Source of the DNA: Camelus dromedarius
Lineage: Eukaryota
Reading direction: 5' to 3'
DNA length: 64,000 nucleotides
Assembly: GCF_036321535.1 (NCBI RefSeq)
Contig: NC_087472.1
Coordinates: 94,986,001-95,050,000 of the forward strand
Below are positions 1 to 13,454 of this stretch, in pieces. The translations under genes and the position numbers were made by a program. Under the pieces are notes generated by a model, which worked only from the letters and a program-made list of their open reading frames with translations, was not told where the DNA came from and did not search any database. Each line of letters begins with the position of its first letter. Position 1 is the first letter of the stretch.

Positions 1-572
1 TCCTGAGGTTAGTTGGTTGTCAGTCCTCTTTGATCATGTTTTTATGTCTACAGCAGAGCACTTGGGAATAAGTACTTCGTAATTTTAATATGGCCTCCAA
101 CTTTGACATAAAAATCACAGTAAAATCATCTTAAAAATTTTTTTCATTTAGTGGGGAATTATGTGATGAAGGCAGGCACACTTATCAAAATTTAACCATT
201 TTCAGTAGAATGCAATCAATTTTTCCTGTTGCATCAAGTTGAGAATCTCATTTGGAAGATACAATTAGAAGCCCAGATTATTAAGAAGCTAACTACTAAG
301 TAAAAGGTTGCTCTTTTTATTTCACTAAATACAGTCTATAATGCTGGGAAGTGTATAAGAGGAGTTTTAAAGAGCCTTTTTCTCTTATATATTTTAGTTG
401 AAAACTAAAACTTTCACTAGTATCTTAAAGGAAAAAATTAGACTTCTTTGAAAGTGAGAGTATTTTTTTCTGCAGTAGATCATATTTTGTCATCCAAAAA
501 TAGTTGCCCCTTCACTTAAATAGATATTATTTGACATTCATAACAACAGTACCTTGTTTTTCTCACTTAGTA

Positions 573-889
573 CAGTCATCCCTTGATACTCACTGGGGAT
601 TGGTTCTAGGACCCCCATGGATACCAAAATCCTCAGATATTCAAGTCCCTTATATAAAATGGCATACATAGTATTTGCATATAACCTATGCACATCCTAT
701 TTTAACTTTAAATCGTCTCTAGATTACTTATAGTATCTAATATAATTTAAGTGCTGTGTACATAGTTGCTGGTATGTTACAAATACAAGTTTTGCTTTTT
801 GGAACTTCCTGGAATTTTTTAAAAATACTTTTTATTTGAGATTGGTTGAAACCATGCATGCAGAACCCACAGATACAGAGAGCTGACTG
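573..889. mobile_element. MER2-like TcMar-Tigger non-autonomous DNA transposon
   Basis: Ends CAGTC...GACTG flanked by TA on both sides (571-572, 890-891); internal 'ggataccaaaatcc..gatattcaagtcccttatataaaatggc' recalled as MER2. Confidence 0.85.
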
Positions 890-1504
890 TATCTTTATGT
901 GATGCTAAAGCATAGTGATTTCAAGCTTATGTCTTCTAAGGTTTTCCAGTTACCAAAGTTTTTCTCTGGCTTTAAATGTTTGCACAACAGTCACATAGTC
1001 AGTAGGGTCATAATAATTTGAATTAATGTTCCTAACAGTTCTGTCCAAATGAGCCATATTAATTATGTCACACAGAACAAGACCAGAAAGAAATTACAGC
1101 ATAACAGGCTCAGGAAAAATAACAACAAGAACAACAAGACTCAGCAACTTCAGTGAAAACATTACAACCTCCTTTGGATAATAGTAATAGCAATAGGTCT
1201 CCTTTTGCCTAGTGTATCAAAAATGAACAGCTCTATTTGCTGTTTAAGGCCTTAAATATCCCCACTCCTATGAAATCTCCTACTTGCCAACGTAGTCTCA
1301 CAGCTCCAAATATTCCTGCCTCCACATCCTGGCAGCGCAGCATGCTTACTGCCACCCCTGCACCCGTTTTCAGATTATTTCTTCTCCATGGCATACTACC
1401 TCTCTACTAAGTCAGTGTCAATTTATTTGTTGGTTTCAGATCAAACCTTATGTTGCTTTATAGCCTTCCCTGTCCCTTGTACAATAACTGGAATCTAGTT
1501 ATAG

Positions 1505-1880
1505 ATCTTTATCCATCCAGTCACCAGATACACCTTGAGCCTTCCAAGCTACCAGGCATTCTGCCTAGTGCTGAAGATATAGAAATGGAATACACCCTTC
1601 CACTTCTTCGGTTGCTAATAATCTCTCCATAAAGACAGGTGAGTAAACAAAAAGAAGACTGCTTGGGGAGAGTGCTTTGATGGAGGTATTTACAGAGAGC
1701 TGAAGTGGTACATATTAGAAATACCTATCTCATGAGGTGAGAAGAGAGGGACAGATGTTAATTCTAGGGAGACTTTGTCATTGTGAGAACTGAAAAATAA
1801 GCCAAACAAGAGAAGATAGGTGAGGTCATTTTGGGAAGAGGGAACAACTTGAGCAAAAATGGTAGTTCCAGCATGGCAGT
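1505..1880 (-). mobile_element. Degraded L2 3' fragment
   Basis: 'ccaggcattctgcctagtgctgaagatata...' and 'ggaagagggaacaacttgagcaaa' resemble the antisense L2 3' end; boundaries approximate. Confidence 0.55.
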
Positions 1881-2386
1881 ATCTGGCTGTATTTAAATTC
1901 AGGGATTTAATATTTTCCTTGGACCAGATACAAATAACCTATACCAGTCCTTTTGCCTTATTTTCTTGAATCTACTCTTTTTATCTTCCAAACCATGTGA
2001 AAACTAAACATGGGCAGTATATAGTTCAGTAATCAAAAGTGAAAATAACTAAGGGATAACCAAGTAACGAAAAAAGAAAAAATCCACAAAATAAAATTAT
2101 AGACATCAGACTACGTGTACTGTAATAAAAGTAATTGGACTAAAGTCTTCTAAATGGATAAAAAGCAAAACTCAGAATATTTTTAGTTTAATGAGACAAA
2201 CTGAAACAAATGATATAATTAAGGAAATGTTGTAAGTTAAATTGTTCCAATTCAGTTGATTCCTTCTTTAGATAAGCCCTGAAATCCAGTAATGGGTCCA
2301 GAGGAGCCTGAATATAATCTTTTTTTTTTCATTAAATATTTTTGAGTTCTTAGCATGTGATAGGTACCACACCAGACATTGGTGGT

Positions 2387-2906
2387 TGTATTAGTTATGT
2401 ATTGCTGCATAACAAATCACCACAAAGTTAGCTTAAAACAACCCTTATTTATTATCTCATAGTTTCCATGGATCTGGAGTTTTGGGCACAGATTAGCTGG
2501 ATCCTCTGCTCAGTGTTTCACAAAGCGGCAGTCAAGATTGTTTTCCGTTCTGGAACCTAGAATCCTCTTCTAAGCCCATGTAGTTGGGGGACGGAGGACC
2601 TCATTTTCTGGCTGGCTGTCACCTAGGGGCTACAGTTATCTCCTAGAGGCTGCCTTTGCAGGCCTTCTCACCAGCCTTCTCACAACATTGAAGCTTATTT
2701 CTTCAAGGCCAGCAGGAGAATCCATCATTCCCATCTGCAGAGATACAGTCTTATATAGCATAGCTCTGTCACAAAAGGGCCTATCCCATCACCTTTGCCA
2801 CATAGTATTGGTTAGATTCAAATCATAAGTTCCACTCACACTTAAGAGGAAGGCATTATACAAGAGCATGATCCATTGAGGGTAACCTTAGAGTGTGTCT
2901 GCCACA
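2387..2906 (-). mobile_element. MLT1 (MaLR) solo LTR inserted in an L2 remnant
   Basis: Starts tgtattagtt..attgctgcataacaaatcaccacaaa and ends gtctgccaca; near-perfect 5-bp TSD gtggt/gtggg. Confidence 0.8.
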
Positions 2907-4744
2907 GTGGGCAAGACAAATCCAGATTTGGGGGGTCCAGTACTTATTAAACTTGGGAGCCCTCTCGAGGAAATTGAAAATAGTATAGATTTATGAATGT
3001 AAGTCAAGCAAGTACCTCTGAAGCTTACATGTCACTAGTGTTATGGTCACTCTATCTACACTTGAGATACAATAGCTTCATAGATCTTATATTCCAAAGA
3101 AAGCTATACAGATTAAACAAATGAACAAATAAATGGAATATATTGAAAAATTATACATAAAAATATATATTATGGGGAAAAGTGAATGCTGTGAGAATAA
3201 CGAGGGGGTGGCAACACTGAATCAGAGAAAGCCTCTCTGTAAGTATCTGCTATTGAAGTCAAGTCCTGAGGACAAGAAAGAGTTGGGTAATAGACTTCCA
3301 GGTACAGGAAAAAACAAGTGTAAACTTCCTGAAGCTGGAAGGGGCATGTGGTATTCAAGAAATGGAATAACCCATGTGTCTTCCATTTTGTTTAAAATAT
3401 AAATAAAATCAGTTCTTGAAGCTTTCTAGGTAAGAGGTGTGAGAACCTGTCTTTTTCTTAAGATTTGTGAAAACTGTTCTGGGCTGCACACAAGCATGGC
3501 CGTTCAACTAGATACATCTATTTCCTGATTTGATTATGAATAAAATTTAGTATATAAGCAAGATCCCAGAAATATAATAGGCATTGATGCCTACAATATA
3601 TTGTCCACATTTAACCTTTTAATCACTAATGGTTATTTTTGGAGTGGGATCTGGTTACTCTAAAACCTAAATTATTCAAATAATAGCTACATAGCTTCTC
3701 CTGGGCTTTCTCCACAGTCATATCAAAGAGGATAAAAAATATAAAGATTCAGCTCTTTGCTCACTTTGAAGTATGTTTTTAATTTTCCTTTTGATTCTTT
3801 TAGTCTTACTAGTGATTCATAAGCTAAGAAGTAAATCGATAACTCTTCAAGGAAGACTGAGTTTATGGGAAAATCTCTGCTCAAAAAAATAATTTGTTCA
3901 TTCAGGCGAAAGTGTTCTTTTCTGCCAACACCAAATTTTCAAGAAAGATTCTCTGTTAAAACGATGCCTAACAGAAAACACTTCATAACTCACTTCCTCT
4001 GTACTATAAATCTATTGTAATCTTCTTTATGATGAAACCTGGGAGTTTCCGAAGGTCCCTGGCTCCTCAAAAGAGCACTATAGCACCAGTAAAGTGTTAT
4101 ATATCCACTCAGAGCTTCACAGCAGAAAACTGGGAAAGTGAGAAGTCAGAAGCCCAGCTTTACCTCAGAAAAACTCTGTACTATATTAAATAAGTTATCA
4201 AGAACTTGGGAGCAGCAGAATTGCTTTGGTGCTCTACTGAAAAGGAATTTTCAAAAGTTCCAGTGCCTGGATGATTCAGAAGATTTGCCATGGAAATAGA
4301 CCTTTGCAATTGAATGTTTATCTATTAGGACTGCTATGCTTTTTGCCAAGTCTATGTTCTTTTGTCGATTTCTTTTGGTGGAGCACCATGAGACTTGTCA
4401 AAAGTAAGAACAACAGATATTTATTGGAGCAGATTTGAAGGTATATGGCCATGCTAATGACATTATAATGAGCTGGAGATTATGTTTCTCACTTAGAGGA
4501 TGACTAAGGCAGATACAATGGGGCACAGATAGACATAGCTCCCATGATGTAATGACACTGGTCTTTATCCTACAACTACTTGAGATCTATCAAATCCTTA
4601 GTGTTTATACTATGGTTGATTAATCACTTTCCTTTTGCCATGACTCCTCACTCTGAGAAGACAACATACTGCATAATTTGAGACTCTCCTCTTACAAGGA
4701 ATCAAAGTTTTAGAATTTCAGAGCCAGAAAGTACTTGTGGGACC

Positions 4745-4915
4745 CTTGAGGTGTCAGGACATTAATGGGGAGAATATGGCCATGGAATCAAGAAACTTGG
4801 GTCTAGGTGCTGGCTGGGCAGCTCACCAGCAATATGTTGGTCAAGTCAATTACATTTACAGAGTAAGAGTCTTGATTTTATCATCTGTAAAATAAGGATA
4901 TCGATACCTGTTATA
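4745..4915 (+). mobile_element. MIR SINE fragment
   Basis: MIR core-like 'tttatcatctgtaaaataagga' preceded by 'gaatcaagaaacttgggtctagg'. Confidence 0.6.
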
Positions 4916-5589
4916 GGAAATACAAATTTTAAAAAGTAAAAACATTGCTTCTTTATGTATATATTTCGTTTGGATGTGCATCTACACACATGCATACACT
5001 TAAGTGTGCTTGTGTGTTTGCCCTTATAAAGCAGACAAGGATTGTTCTGAAATTTGGAGGAAGATATTTAAGTCTGCAAGGAGCCTTGCTGGAAGCATTA
5101 TATATCAAATTGCAGGTGGAAGCAATCATGTGGCGATCTAATACTAGTCCAAATATTATTATGGAAGAAATAGTTTTCCCTGTGTGGCCTGTTTAGTATG
5201 CTTTGTCTGCAGAACCTAATTTTGGCAGTTCCCACCTGCTCACAATTACCCCACTGGGTTTAAGTGAGCACTGAAGACTCCAGTGCATCTCCTGGGGAAA
5301 AGAGAACAAAATGGAAGGGTGTCTCTACAGTGCCTGGCTCATCCTGTGCTTTCAACAATGATTAATGTGTACAATTTTTTCTTAATTCACTGGTGATAAA
5401 TCTTTGATTTTACACTCCTACTCTGAGTGTATTCTAGAGGGAATTTTTGCTTAGCTGAAACAACACTTAACTCACAGAGTTGTTTTGAGGTTCAGACTAG
5501 ATACTATTACAAAACAGTCTTAAAAACACAAAATAGAGTTCAAGAAACCATTAATGTATTGACTCAACAATCTGTTCTAACTCCTGCAT

Positions 5590-6760
5590 TTTATTTTGCC
5601 TTTTTTCTTCATTGCTTTATTTTTACAGGTAATAAATGTTAATTCTAAACTTTAAAAAAGAAGAAAATATGGAGTAATGAAAATAATTTCTTTCTAATTA
5701 AAAATCACCACCTAGAGAAAAACATCATTTTTCATGGCATTTGTGTACTTGGCTTTTGGACAAATAAAATACTATACATATTATTTTGAAAACTTGTACA
5801 TAGGTAGAATAGTTTACATCATGATTTGTAATGGTGCATGGTACTCCATTAAGGGGGTGTAACATAATTCCCTTACCCATTCCCCTTTGTTGAGTGTTTA
5901 TATTGTTTTAATTATTTTACATTTTTAGGCAATGCTATGATAAGAACCTCAGTGCCTATATCTATATATGTATGTAAACACATATACATAAATTATGAAA
6001 TAATTTAAATATATTCAACAATTACATCCAAAAAGTTGTCAGTAGATTACAAAATACCTATTTCCTAATATTCAAGTCAACACTGGCTATTCTACTTTGC
6101 TCAACTATTGGCAGTTTGATCAGCTAAAAATTATATTTTATAATTGTTGCAATTTTCATTTCTTTGGCTAAGTGTAAGGCTGTATTTATTTTTGATAGTT
6201 ATTGACTATTAATATTATTCCTATTATACTGTAAATTTCCTGTAAGTTTCCAATAAGTTGTAAGTTTAAGATATTCTGCTCTATTCCCAATACATAGCAA
6301 TATACCAGGCACAAAGTAGCACTCAATAAGTCTGTATATTTGTTTTCTAAAATTCTTAGGGAATTTTTTTCTATTGGAGAATTTATAGTTTTTTCATTAA
6401 TTATCAAGAGATATTAATATATGAATATATTAACATAAATATAATGTATATCATGTTTTCATATAATTGACATATTAACCCTTTACTATATTATGATTAT
6501 ATACGATATGTGTGTATATGCACCTACTAAAATATGTATTCTGTACCTACTATATACCTACTATACTATAAAATGCATAGTGATTTTTCATTTGTCATTT
6601 GCCTTCTAATTTACATATTAGGTTCTTGTTAAACATTTTATATTTATTATTGAAACTTTTTGAAACTAAGTCTTTTGTTATTATAATGCTTTGAAAAGTT
6701 TTTTCAAATCCCAAATTATATAAATATGTGCCTAAGTTTTAGTTTAGTAATTGAGCAAGT
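5590..6760 (-). mobile_element. Old L1ME-type 3' remnant
   Basis: T-rich degraded L1 antisense motifs ('caatgctatgataa', 'ttttcatttctttg'). Confidence 0.5.
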
Positions 6761-7157
6761 TAACTTTTTATATTAAAAGAAATCCATCTGGGACTGTTCT
6801 AAGATGTGAGGAGGGTTTTGAGGTAAAGAGAAACTCATCTTTTGTCTTTTTACTTCCCGCAGCAAGAGCACACCTGCCCCTTGGCCCTGATGAGCATGCA
6901 GACCATTAGCAATGAAGCTATCCTGTTTTTTTGCACCAAAGGTAAGAGAAAACCTGCTGCCAATTCACTATATGCCCTGGTACAACAATGCTCACCAGCA
7001 ATCTGGTCTCCTTGTTCTATTTTGACCTCTTATGGCAGTCTGGCAATGAAGGACGATGCAGTTGATGTTTGATATTTGTTGCTAGTTGGCTTTCTTTCCT
7101 GTCACTGTTATTTCATCTAAAGATGTAGTGCTGGTCATTAGTATCACTATATATTTG

Positions 7158-7171
7158 TTGCCCTCTAGTGG
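7158..7171 (-). promoter_or_regulatory. CTCF core motif candidate
   Basis: Reverse complement CCACTAGAGGGCAA fits the CTCF core CCASYAGRKGGCR; lies in apparently unique sequence. Confidence 0.5.
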
Positions 7172-7529
7172 AAAAATAACCCCAACTGCTGCCCAAACCC
7201 TCTAGTGAGCAAGTTGCATCACCCCTCTTAATGAGCTATGGGAAGAGTGTCACTTCACATATGAACTAGACATCTGAGCTCTGTCAAGCCCTTTCAGTGT
7301 CTGTGGTTAGAGATGTGGCCCTCTTTGCCTTTTAATCAGTAGATATGGCCACCTTTGGTCTAGCTTCTGTCCCCAGAGATAAGCATAGTAGAGCTCAAGG
7401 GTGGTAATAGCAGATATTACAAGGGAACAGCCAGGAAAAGCCAAAAGAATTAGCCAAATAAGAGCCAATATCTGCTTGACATTGGTCACATGCATTGTAC
7501 TGTATTGTACTATGTCCTTGCTATTAAAT

Positions 7530-7972
7530 AAAAAGGTTATATACTGTATAATTCCATTTATATAGCATTCTTGAAATGACAAAATCATAGAGATAGAGAA
7601 CATACTAGTGGTTGTTAGGGGTTATGGTCTGAGGAGTATGCTACTATAAAGGGGTAACACAAGGGAGTTCCTTTTTAATGATGGAACATTTTGGTATCTT
7701 GATCGTGACTGTGGTTACATGAATCTATACATGTGATAAAACTGCATAGAACTATACACACACACACACACACACAACTGCTTGTAAAAACTGGTTTTTA
7801 CAATAAGTTCTGTAGTCCTGGTTTTGACATTATATTATACTTCTGTAAGATGTTACTACTGGAGGAAGCTGGATGAAGGGTACATGGGACCTCTCTGTAC
7901 TAGTTTTACAACTTCCTATGACCCTATGGTTATTTTTTTTTTAAACTTTGTAAAATCTAAAAAAAAAAAAAA
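7530..7972 (+). mobile_element. L1MB/MC 3' end with A-rich tail
   Basis: 'aaaggttatatactgtataattccatttatatagcattcttgaaatgacaaaa'; internal (CA)n; A15 run at the end. Confidence 0.75.
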
Positions 7973-8201
7973 GCTCCTTCTAATGAATAATGATATTTGG
8001 AGTAGTTACTTCCAGCTCTGTAAATAAGAAGGGATGGTTTATCTGCATAGTCTGAGGCAGAGAATAAACCAAATACCACAGCATCTGCAGGATAAAGAGA
8101 AAGCACTGAGCTTTTTCCTGTATCCTGCATGCCTGAAAAACAAATTCAAGTCCAAGACTGGAAATCAGTGAACCTTCAATATTCAGTTCACTTTTCATCT
8201 A

Positions 8202-8579
8202 TATTATGGACTGAATAACACAGCTCCCCAGATTTGTATATTGAAACTCTTACCCCCAATGTGATGGTATTTGGAGGTGGGGCCTTTGGGAGGTAATTAG
8301 GTTTAGATGAAGTTTTGAGGTTGGGTCTCCCATAATGGAATTAGTGTCCTTAGAGGAAGAGGAAGAGAGACCAAAGAGCTTCCCACCTCACTGCCACGAG
8401 AGGGCACAGCAAGAAGGCAGCCATCTGCAAACCAGGAAAAGGGCCTTCGCTAGGGAACCAAATTGGCTAGCACCTTGATCTTGGACTTCCCAGCCTCCGG
8501 ATTGTGAGAAATAAATTCCTGTAGTTTAAGCCACTCAATCTGTGGTATTTTGTTATGGCAGCCTGAACAGACTAATACA
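8202..8579 (+). mobile_element. MLT1A-type solo LTR
   Basis: 'ccccaatgtgatggtatttggaggtggggcctttgggaggtaattagg' ... 'gcagcctgaacagactaataca'. Confidence 0.85.
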
Positions 8580-8773
8580 AATCTGGGAAACCCCCCTGAA
8601 ATCCCTAGCATAAATAAGCGATTTTTTTCTCTGACTTTCTTCTTTACTGTCTAAGACACTGTGATAGTATTTATTTCTTCACATGTCTGATATTCCACTG
8701 GATTGAAAATGAAGGAAGATTCTATTCATCTTCCTCTGTCCCATAGTATGGCATGCCTGGAAAGTATAGATAC

Positions 8774-9118
8774 TGTGTTAGTCCATTCAGGCTACTGTAA
8801 CAAAATCCCATAGCCTGGCTGGCTCATAAAGAACATTTATTTCTGACAGTTGTGGAGGCTGGGAAGTCTAAGATCCAGGTGCCAGCAGAATCAGTATCTT
8901 GTGAGAGCCCACTTCCTAGACGGTTGTCTTTTTGCTGTAACTTCACATGGCAGAAGGGATGAGGGAAATCTCTTGGGTGTCTTTTATAAGAGCATGGGAA
9001 CTTCACCCTCATGACCTAATCACTTCCTGATGGACCCATCTCCTAATACCATCACATTGAGAGGTAGGATTTTAGCGTATGAATTTGGGAGGGGAATACA
9101 AAAATTTAGTTTATAGCA
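8774..9118 (-). mobile_element. MLT1A-type solo LTR
   Basis: tgtgttagtccattcaggct...ttatagca; TSD gatac/ggtac. Confidence 0.85.
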
Positions 9119-9404
9119 GGTACTAATAAAATTCTGTGGGAAAGTGAAAGTCTAGGACAAGGAGCCTTGCCTCTAAGGAGATGACATGATTGGTTTTATA
9201 CCATATCCTGAGCCTGTTTAGCTGCAAGGGAGTCTAAGAAATGTAGCCTGAACCTGAGAGGCATCATGTCCAGCTCAAACTTTATAGATTCCATTCCAGA
9301 CAGACATGTAATAATACACAACTGTGCATTTTTCTACAGCATTTGAAAATCATTAAAGTATATTTACTCAGTAACATATTTAATTCTACTCATTTTTATA
9401 TGAG

Positions 9405-9625
9405 GCTATATTTGAATTCAGTTCCTAGCTCTACAGCTTATAAGTATGTTGACCTTGAATTTAAACTTCAGTTGTTTTTCATCCTTAAATGTTAGTAATA
9501 CTGACACCTTGCAGGATTGCTTATTGATAATTATGATAATTAAATGAGATAATATAGTGTCACAGTTACATGTGATAATGAAAGTTGCTTATTATAGATA
9601 CTGTGCTCAGAAATGGTAGCTATTA
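9405..9625 (+). mobile_element. MIR fragment
   Basis: 'ttgaattcagttcctagctctac', 'ttaaatgagataat', 'aaatggtagctattatt'. Confidence 0.6.
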
Positions 9626-10602
9626 TTGGTAGATGGTCACATTTTATTGTAATCTTTTAAAATTTTCACTACATTTCCTTGTTTGTAAAACCATTTCTGT
9701 GGCAAATAACCTGTGTCATTTGTCAAAACTTGTGTTTTTGGCTTGCTAGTTTCAGTAGAAGGTTGAGGGTTAAATTCCTTAAATCCATGCAGAAAAATTA
9801 ACTGACTCACATGTCAGTTACTAGGTGCAGCACTAATGTACCAGCAATCAGTATGTTTCACATACAGTAAAGAGAGCCACATTTGAGAAATATTCTCCAG
9901 TAATTTTAAAAGCCTAATATATTCTTAGATTTTTATCTGTTTGAATACATAAAAGAGGGAGAGAATATATTCTGGGAAATTTTTAAACTCTGCATTAATC
10001 ATGTTGATGACTTTGCATTCTGCATTTTTGTAAATATATGAGGTAGATAAAAAGGAAGGAAAAATATGTACACATTTAGCATATAATCTATAAATCAGGA
10101 GACAGAGAACTGCTGTAATACAGTAATGTACATGTGATTACTGTGCTTTAATTAAAACATGTATATTTCTAGATTTAAATAAGAGCTCTGAATTTTTAAA
10201 ATAAAAATCTGTATAAATCATCACACTTATGTTAAGGTTAAATTCTGGCATATATACAAATGCACTAGATAAGGAATGACAAAATAGGTTATATCCTGAA
10301 TGCCAAATTCTGATCAATGGCTACTTGTGACCTGTTGGGTTGTGTTGGTAATGATTCTAAAGTCATATTTGGCATGAGTGGGAAAGAGGTCTGGAATAAA
10401 TTAGTGATGTCTGTTACAGGCATTGCAGGACAAGCATAGACATTCGTTTGGGTTCCTGTCACCTTGCGTTATAATGCAGGCTGGCTCTCCAATAATTAAT
10501 AAGGTGCCTAGGACAAATGTGCTAATTCTTAGCTTTGTGAGTGAACAAATGAATGCCGTTTTAGTGATTTCATGTTTCCAAAATAACTTATTATGATTTG
10601 AC

Positions 10603-10735
10603 TTTTTTTTAAAGACTCTATTTTTAGAGTAGTATTAGGTTCATAGCAAAATTGAGAGGAAGACACAGATTTCTCATATATCCTCTGCCCCTACACATGG
10701 ACAGCATCCCTCTTTCAGGTTCCTAGATCCATTTT

Positions 10736-10780
<45 letters not shown>

Positions 10781-11635
10781 GGCTTTTCCACACCAACAAG
10801 CAGTTTTTGGATGCCAGTAGCGTATCCAAGAATTCAGTTCAAGTTTGACACTATCTACCTAGAGATAGAATCAGATTCCACAGAGAAATGGCTCAATACC
10901 ACAAGGCAACCCTCCACTTTAGACACCAGTCACAAGTCCAGGTTGTTACCTGTGCTTCTGACCTACTGGCTATAAATCAGAGATTCCCACAACCCTCTCT
11001 TCAAGTTCAATGAATTTTCTAGAATGGCTCACAGAGCTCAGAGAAACATGTTACTTATTAGATCATTGATTTATCATAAAAGGATATTAAAGGATATGAA
11101 TCAACAGCCAGATGAAGAGATGCACAGGGCAAGGCAGGGGAAAAGGGAAAAAGCTTCTGTGCTCTTTCAACCCAGGAGCTCTCTGAACTCCATCCTTTTG
11201 GGTTTCTGTGGAGGCCTCAATACATAGGCATAATTGATTAAATCATTGGCGATTGGGCAATTGATTCAACTTCCAGCCAAAGTGTCTTTCAAAGTGGCTG
11301 TACCATTTTGCATTCCCACCAGCAATGATTGAGAGTTCCTGTTGCTTCACAGCCTCACCAGCATTTGGTGTTGTCAGTGTCCAGGATTTTGGCCATTCTA
11401 ATAGGTGTGTAATGGTATCTCATTGTTGTTGTTTTACTTTGCATTTCCCTGATCACATTTGCTTATTTGTCAACTTTTCATGTGCTTATTTGTCAACTGT
11501 GTATCTTCTTTGGTGAGGTGTCTGTTTAGATATATGATCCATTTATTAATCGTGTTGTAGGCTTCCTTGTTGAGTTTTAAGCGTTCTTTGTTTTTGGATA
11601 ATAGTCCTTTATCATATGTGTCCTTTGCAAATATT
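10603..11635 (-). mobile_element. L1MB-type 3' fragments (about 10603-10710 and 11281-11635) interrupted by an LTR
   Basis: 'ttaggttcatagcaaaattgagagga' and 'aaagtggctgtaccattttgcattcccaccagcaatg' are antisense L1 hallmarks. Confidence 0.75.
10715..11278 (-). mobile_element. MER21-like LTR fragment containing (TG)n at 10741-10779
   Basis: 'ccacaccaacaagca', 'gacactatctacctagagatag', 'aacagccagatgaagagatgcacagggcaagg' recalled as MER21-group LTR. Confidence 0.65.
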
Positions 11636-13454
11636 AGTTAAGTCTACACACTTTCCCTGGACCTAGTGCCATAGATTGAAATGCCATGTACATTTTGGGA
11701 GCTGATTTTATTGCTTTGCTTCTCCAGCTACTATTATCAGTCTCTTTATTCCTTGCCATCTCCCACTTTAAAGGCAAAGAACTGTTAGGGAAGTCTGCTA
11801 GGGAGCTCTTTGATAAAAATGAGGAAATCTTGTTGGGCCCATCCCTTCCCTTTTCATCCTTTGAGCCCTGACTTGATGCCTGGATCTGTAGCAGCCAGCT
11901 TACTGTTTAGAAGAGACATTAAAAAAAAAAAAAAACCCTCTAGGTATAGGATAACAGAAAACAAAAAGGAGGCAAGATTTTGATAGCATTTTTGAGTGAC
12001 TAAACCAATGCCCGAAGCTGCCACCTTGAATTATTTTTAATATAAAAAAACCCCTGTGTTTTACAAGCCGCTAAGTTAGTCATAGTTTCTGTTATGTGGT
12101 GTTAAAAGCCTTCAGAAGATGTAAAATCCAGTGTTTATTACTTTGTGGTGATGGTAACACAAATGTCTATAAGACATTTGTCCAAACTCACCAAAGTGTA
12201 TACATTAACTATGTGTAGTTTTTGTATACCAGTTACACTTCAGTAAGTTACAGCGGAAAATATATAAAATCCAAATTGTTCCCCTGAACTACAGAACTGA
12301 GCTGTCTACCCAGCATCTGCATTTGGATGTCTTTGAAATACTTCGAATTCAGCAAGCCCAGAGTGGCTATCATCACCCTCTCCCTGTCTCATGCAGTCCG
12401 TCCATCTTCAAATCAAGAATGGTATGTTGAGCCCTTGTCATGATTCAGATGTCTTTCATATCTTCTGTCATCGACTGGAGAAGGTTCTCAAGTGATTAGT
12501 GGACACATCTGGATAATCTGTTTTAAGGTTAACTGGGCCATATAATGTAATATAACTGCAGAAGTGAAATTCTGCCTACCACAGGCTCATTGATTCACAA
12601 TATATACCGTTCTCCAAATTCCATTTTTTCTACTCAAAATATCTTAAAGATGTTCCCATTTTATTTGCCACAGAATATTTCATACTCAATATGTACTATA
12701 GTCTACCTAATCATTTTCCCACTGTTGGGATTTTTAGTTTCTAATTTTGACTTATTACACAAAGATAACACAGTTGTTAAAACCACAGACTCTGGTATTA
12801 CATATTAAAAGTATACTAAAGTGTTTGCTCTATGGAAGATACTTTTAAAAGATTATTTTCATTATCTATTAAACAAAGTGAATTATTGACTTTGGGAAAA
12901 TTATCAGAAGAGTTTTTCATAAATAGAGACAAAGATAGACATGATAGTAGAAATACATCTATACATAGAACACTTTAAAATTTTAAATTCTAACATTACT
13001 ATTTTTAATTTTGATTATCTAATTAAGATATGTGATTAAAAGTCAGTGTATCATAAACCCATGTTATGAAGCTCCTGATGACATCTCCCACAGTGTTGTC
13101 TATGAACTTCAAGGAACATCTCTTTATTTATGTTGTAGCTAACTGTTTACATGTCTACCTAGCCTACTGCTTTACCTGAGTATAAGTACTGTCTCATTTG
13201 TTTTTATTGCCTTCAGAGCTTCTTTTACATGGAGAGTAAAATTGTCATGTAGTGTTTGGAAATTGCAATCAGATGATTGGTTAAATGCAAATAACAGAAT
13301 TGGTTATTCTCAGCTTCTGTCTCCATATAGCTCCCTTTACCTGCCTTTAGGCATCTAAAGGATCTTTGCTCTCCACAGACTTTCTCTCCCACTGTCTGTC
13401 CCAAATAGCTCTGGCACTTGCTAGCTGTGGGATATTAAGACTACTTTTCAAAAC

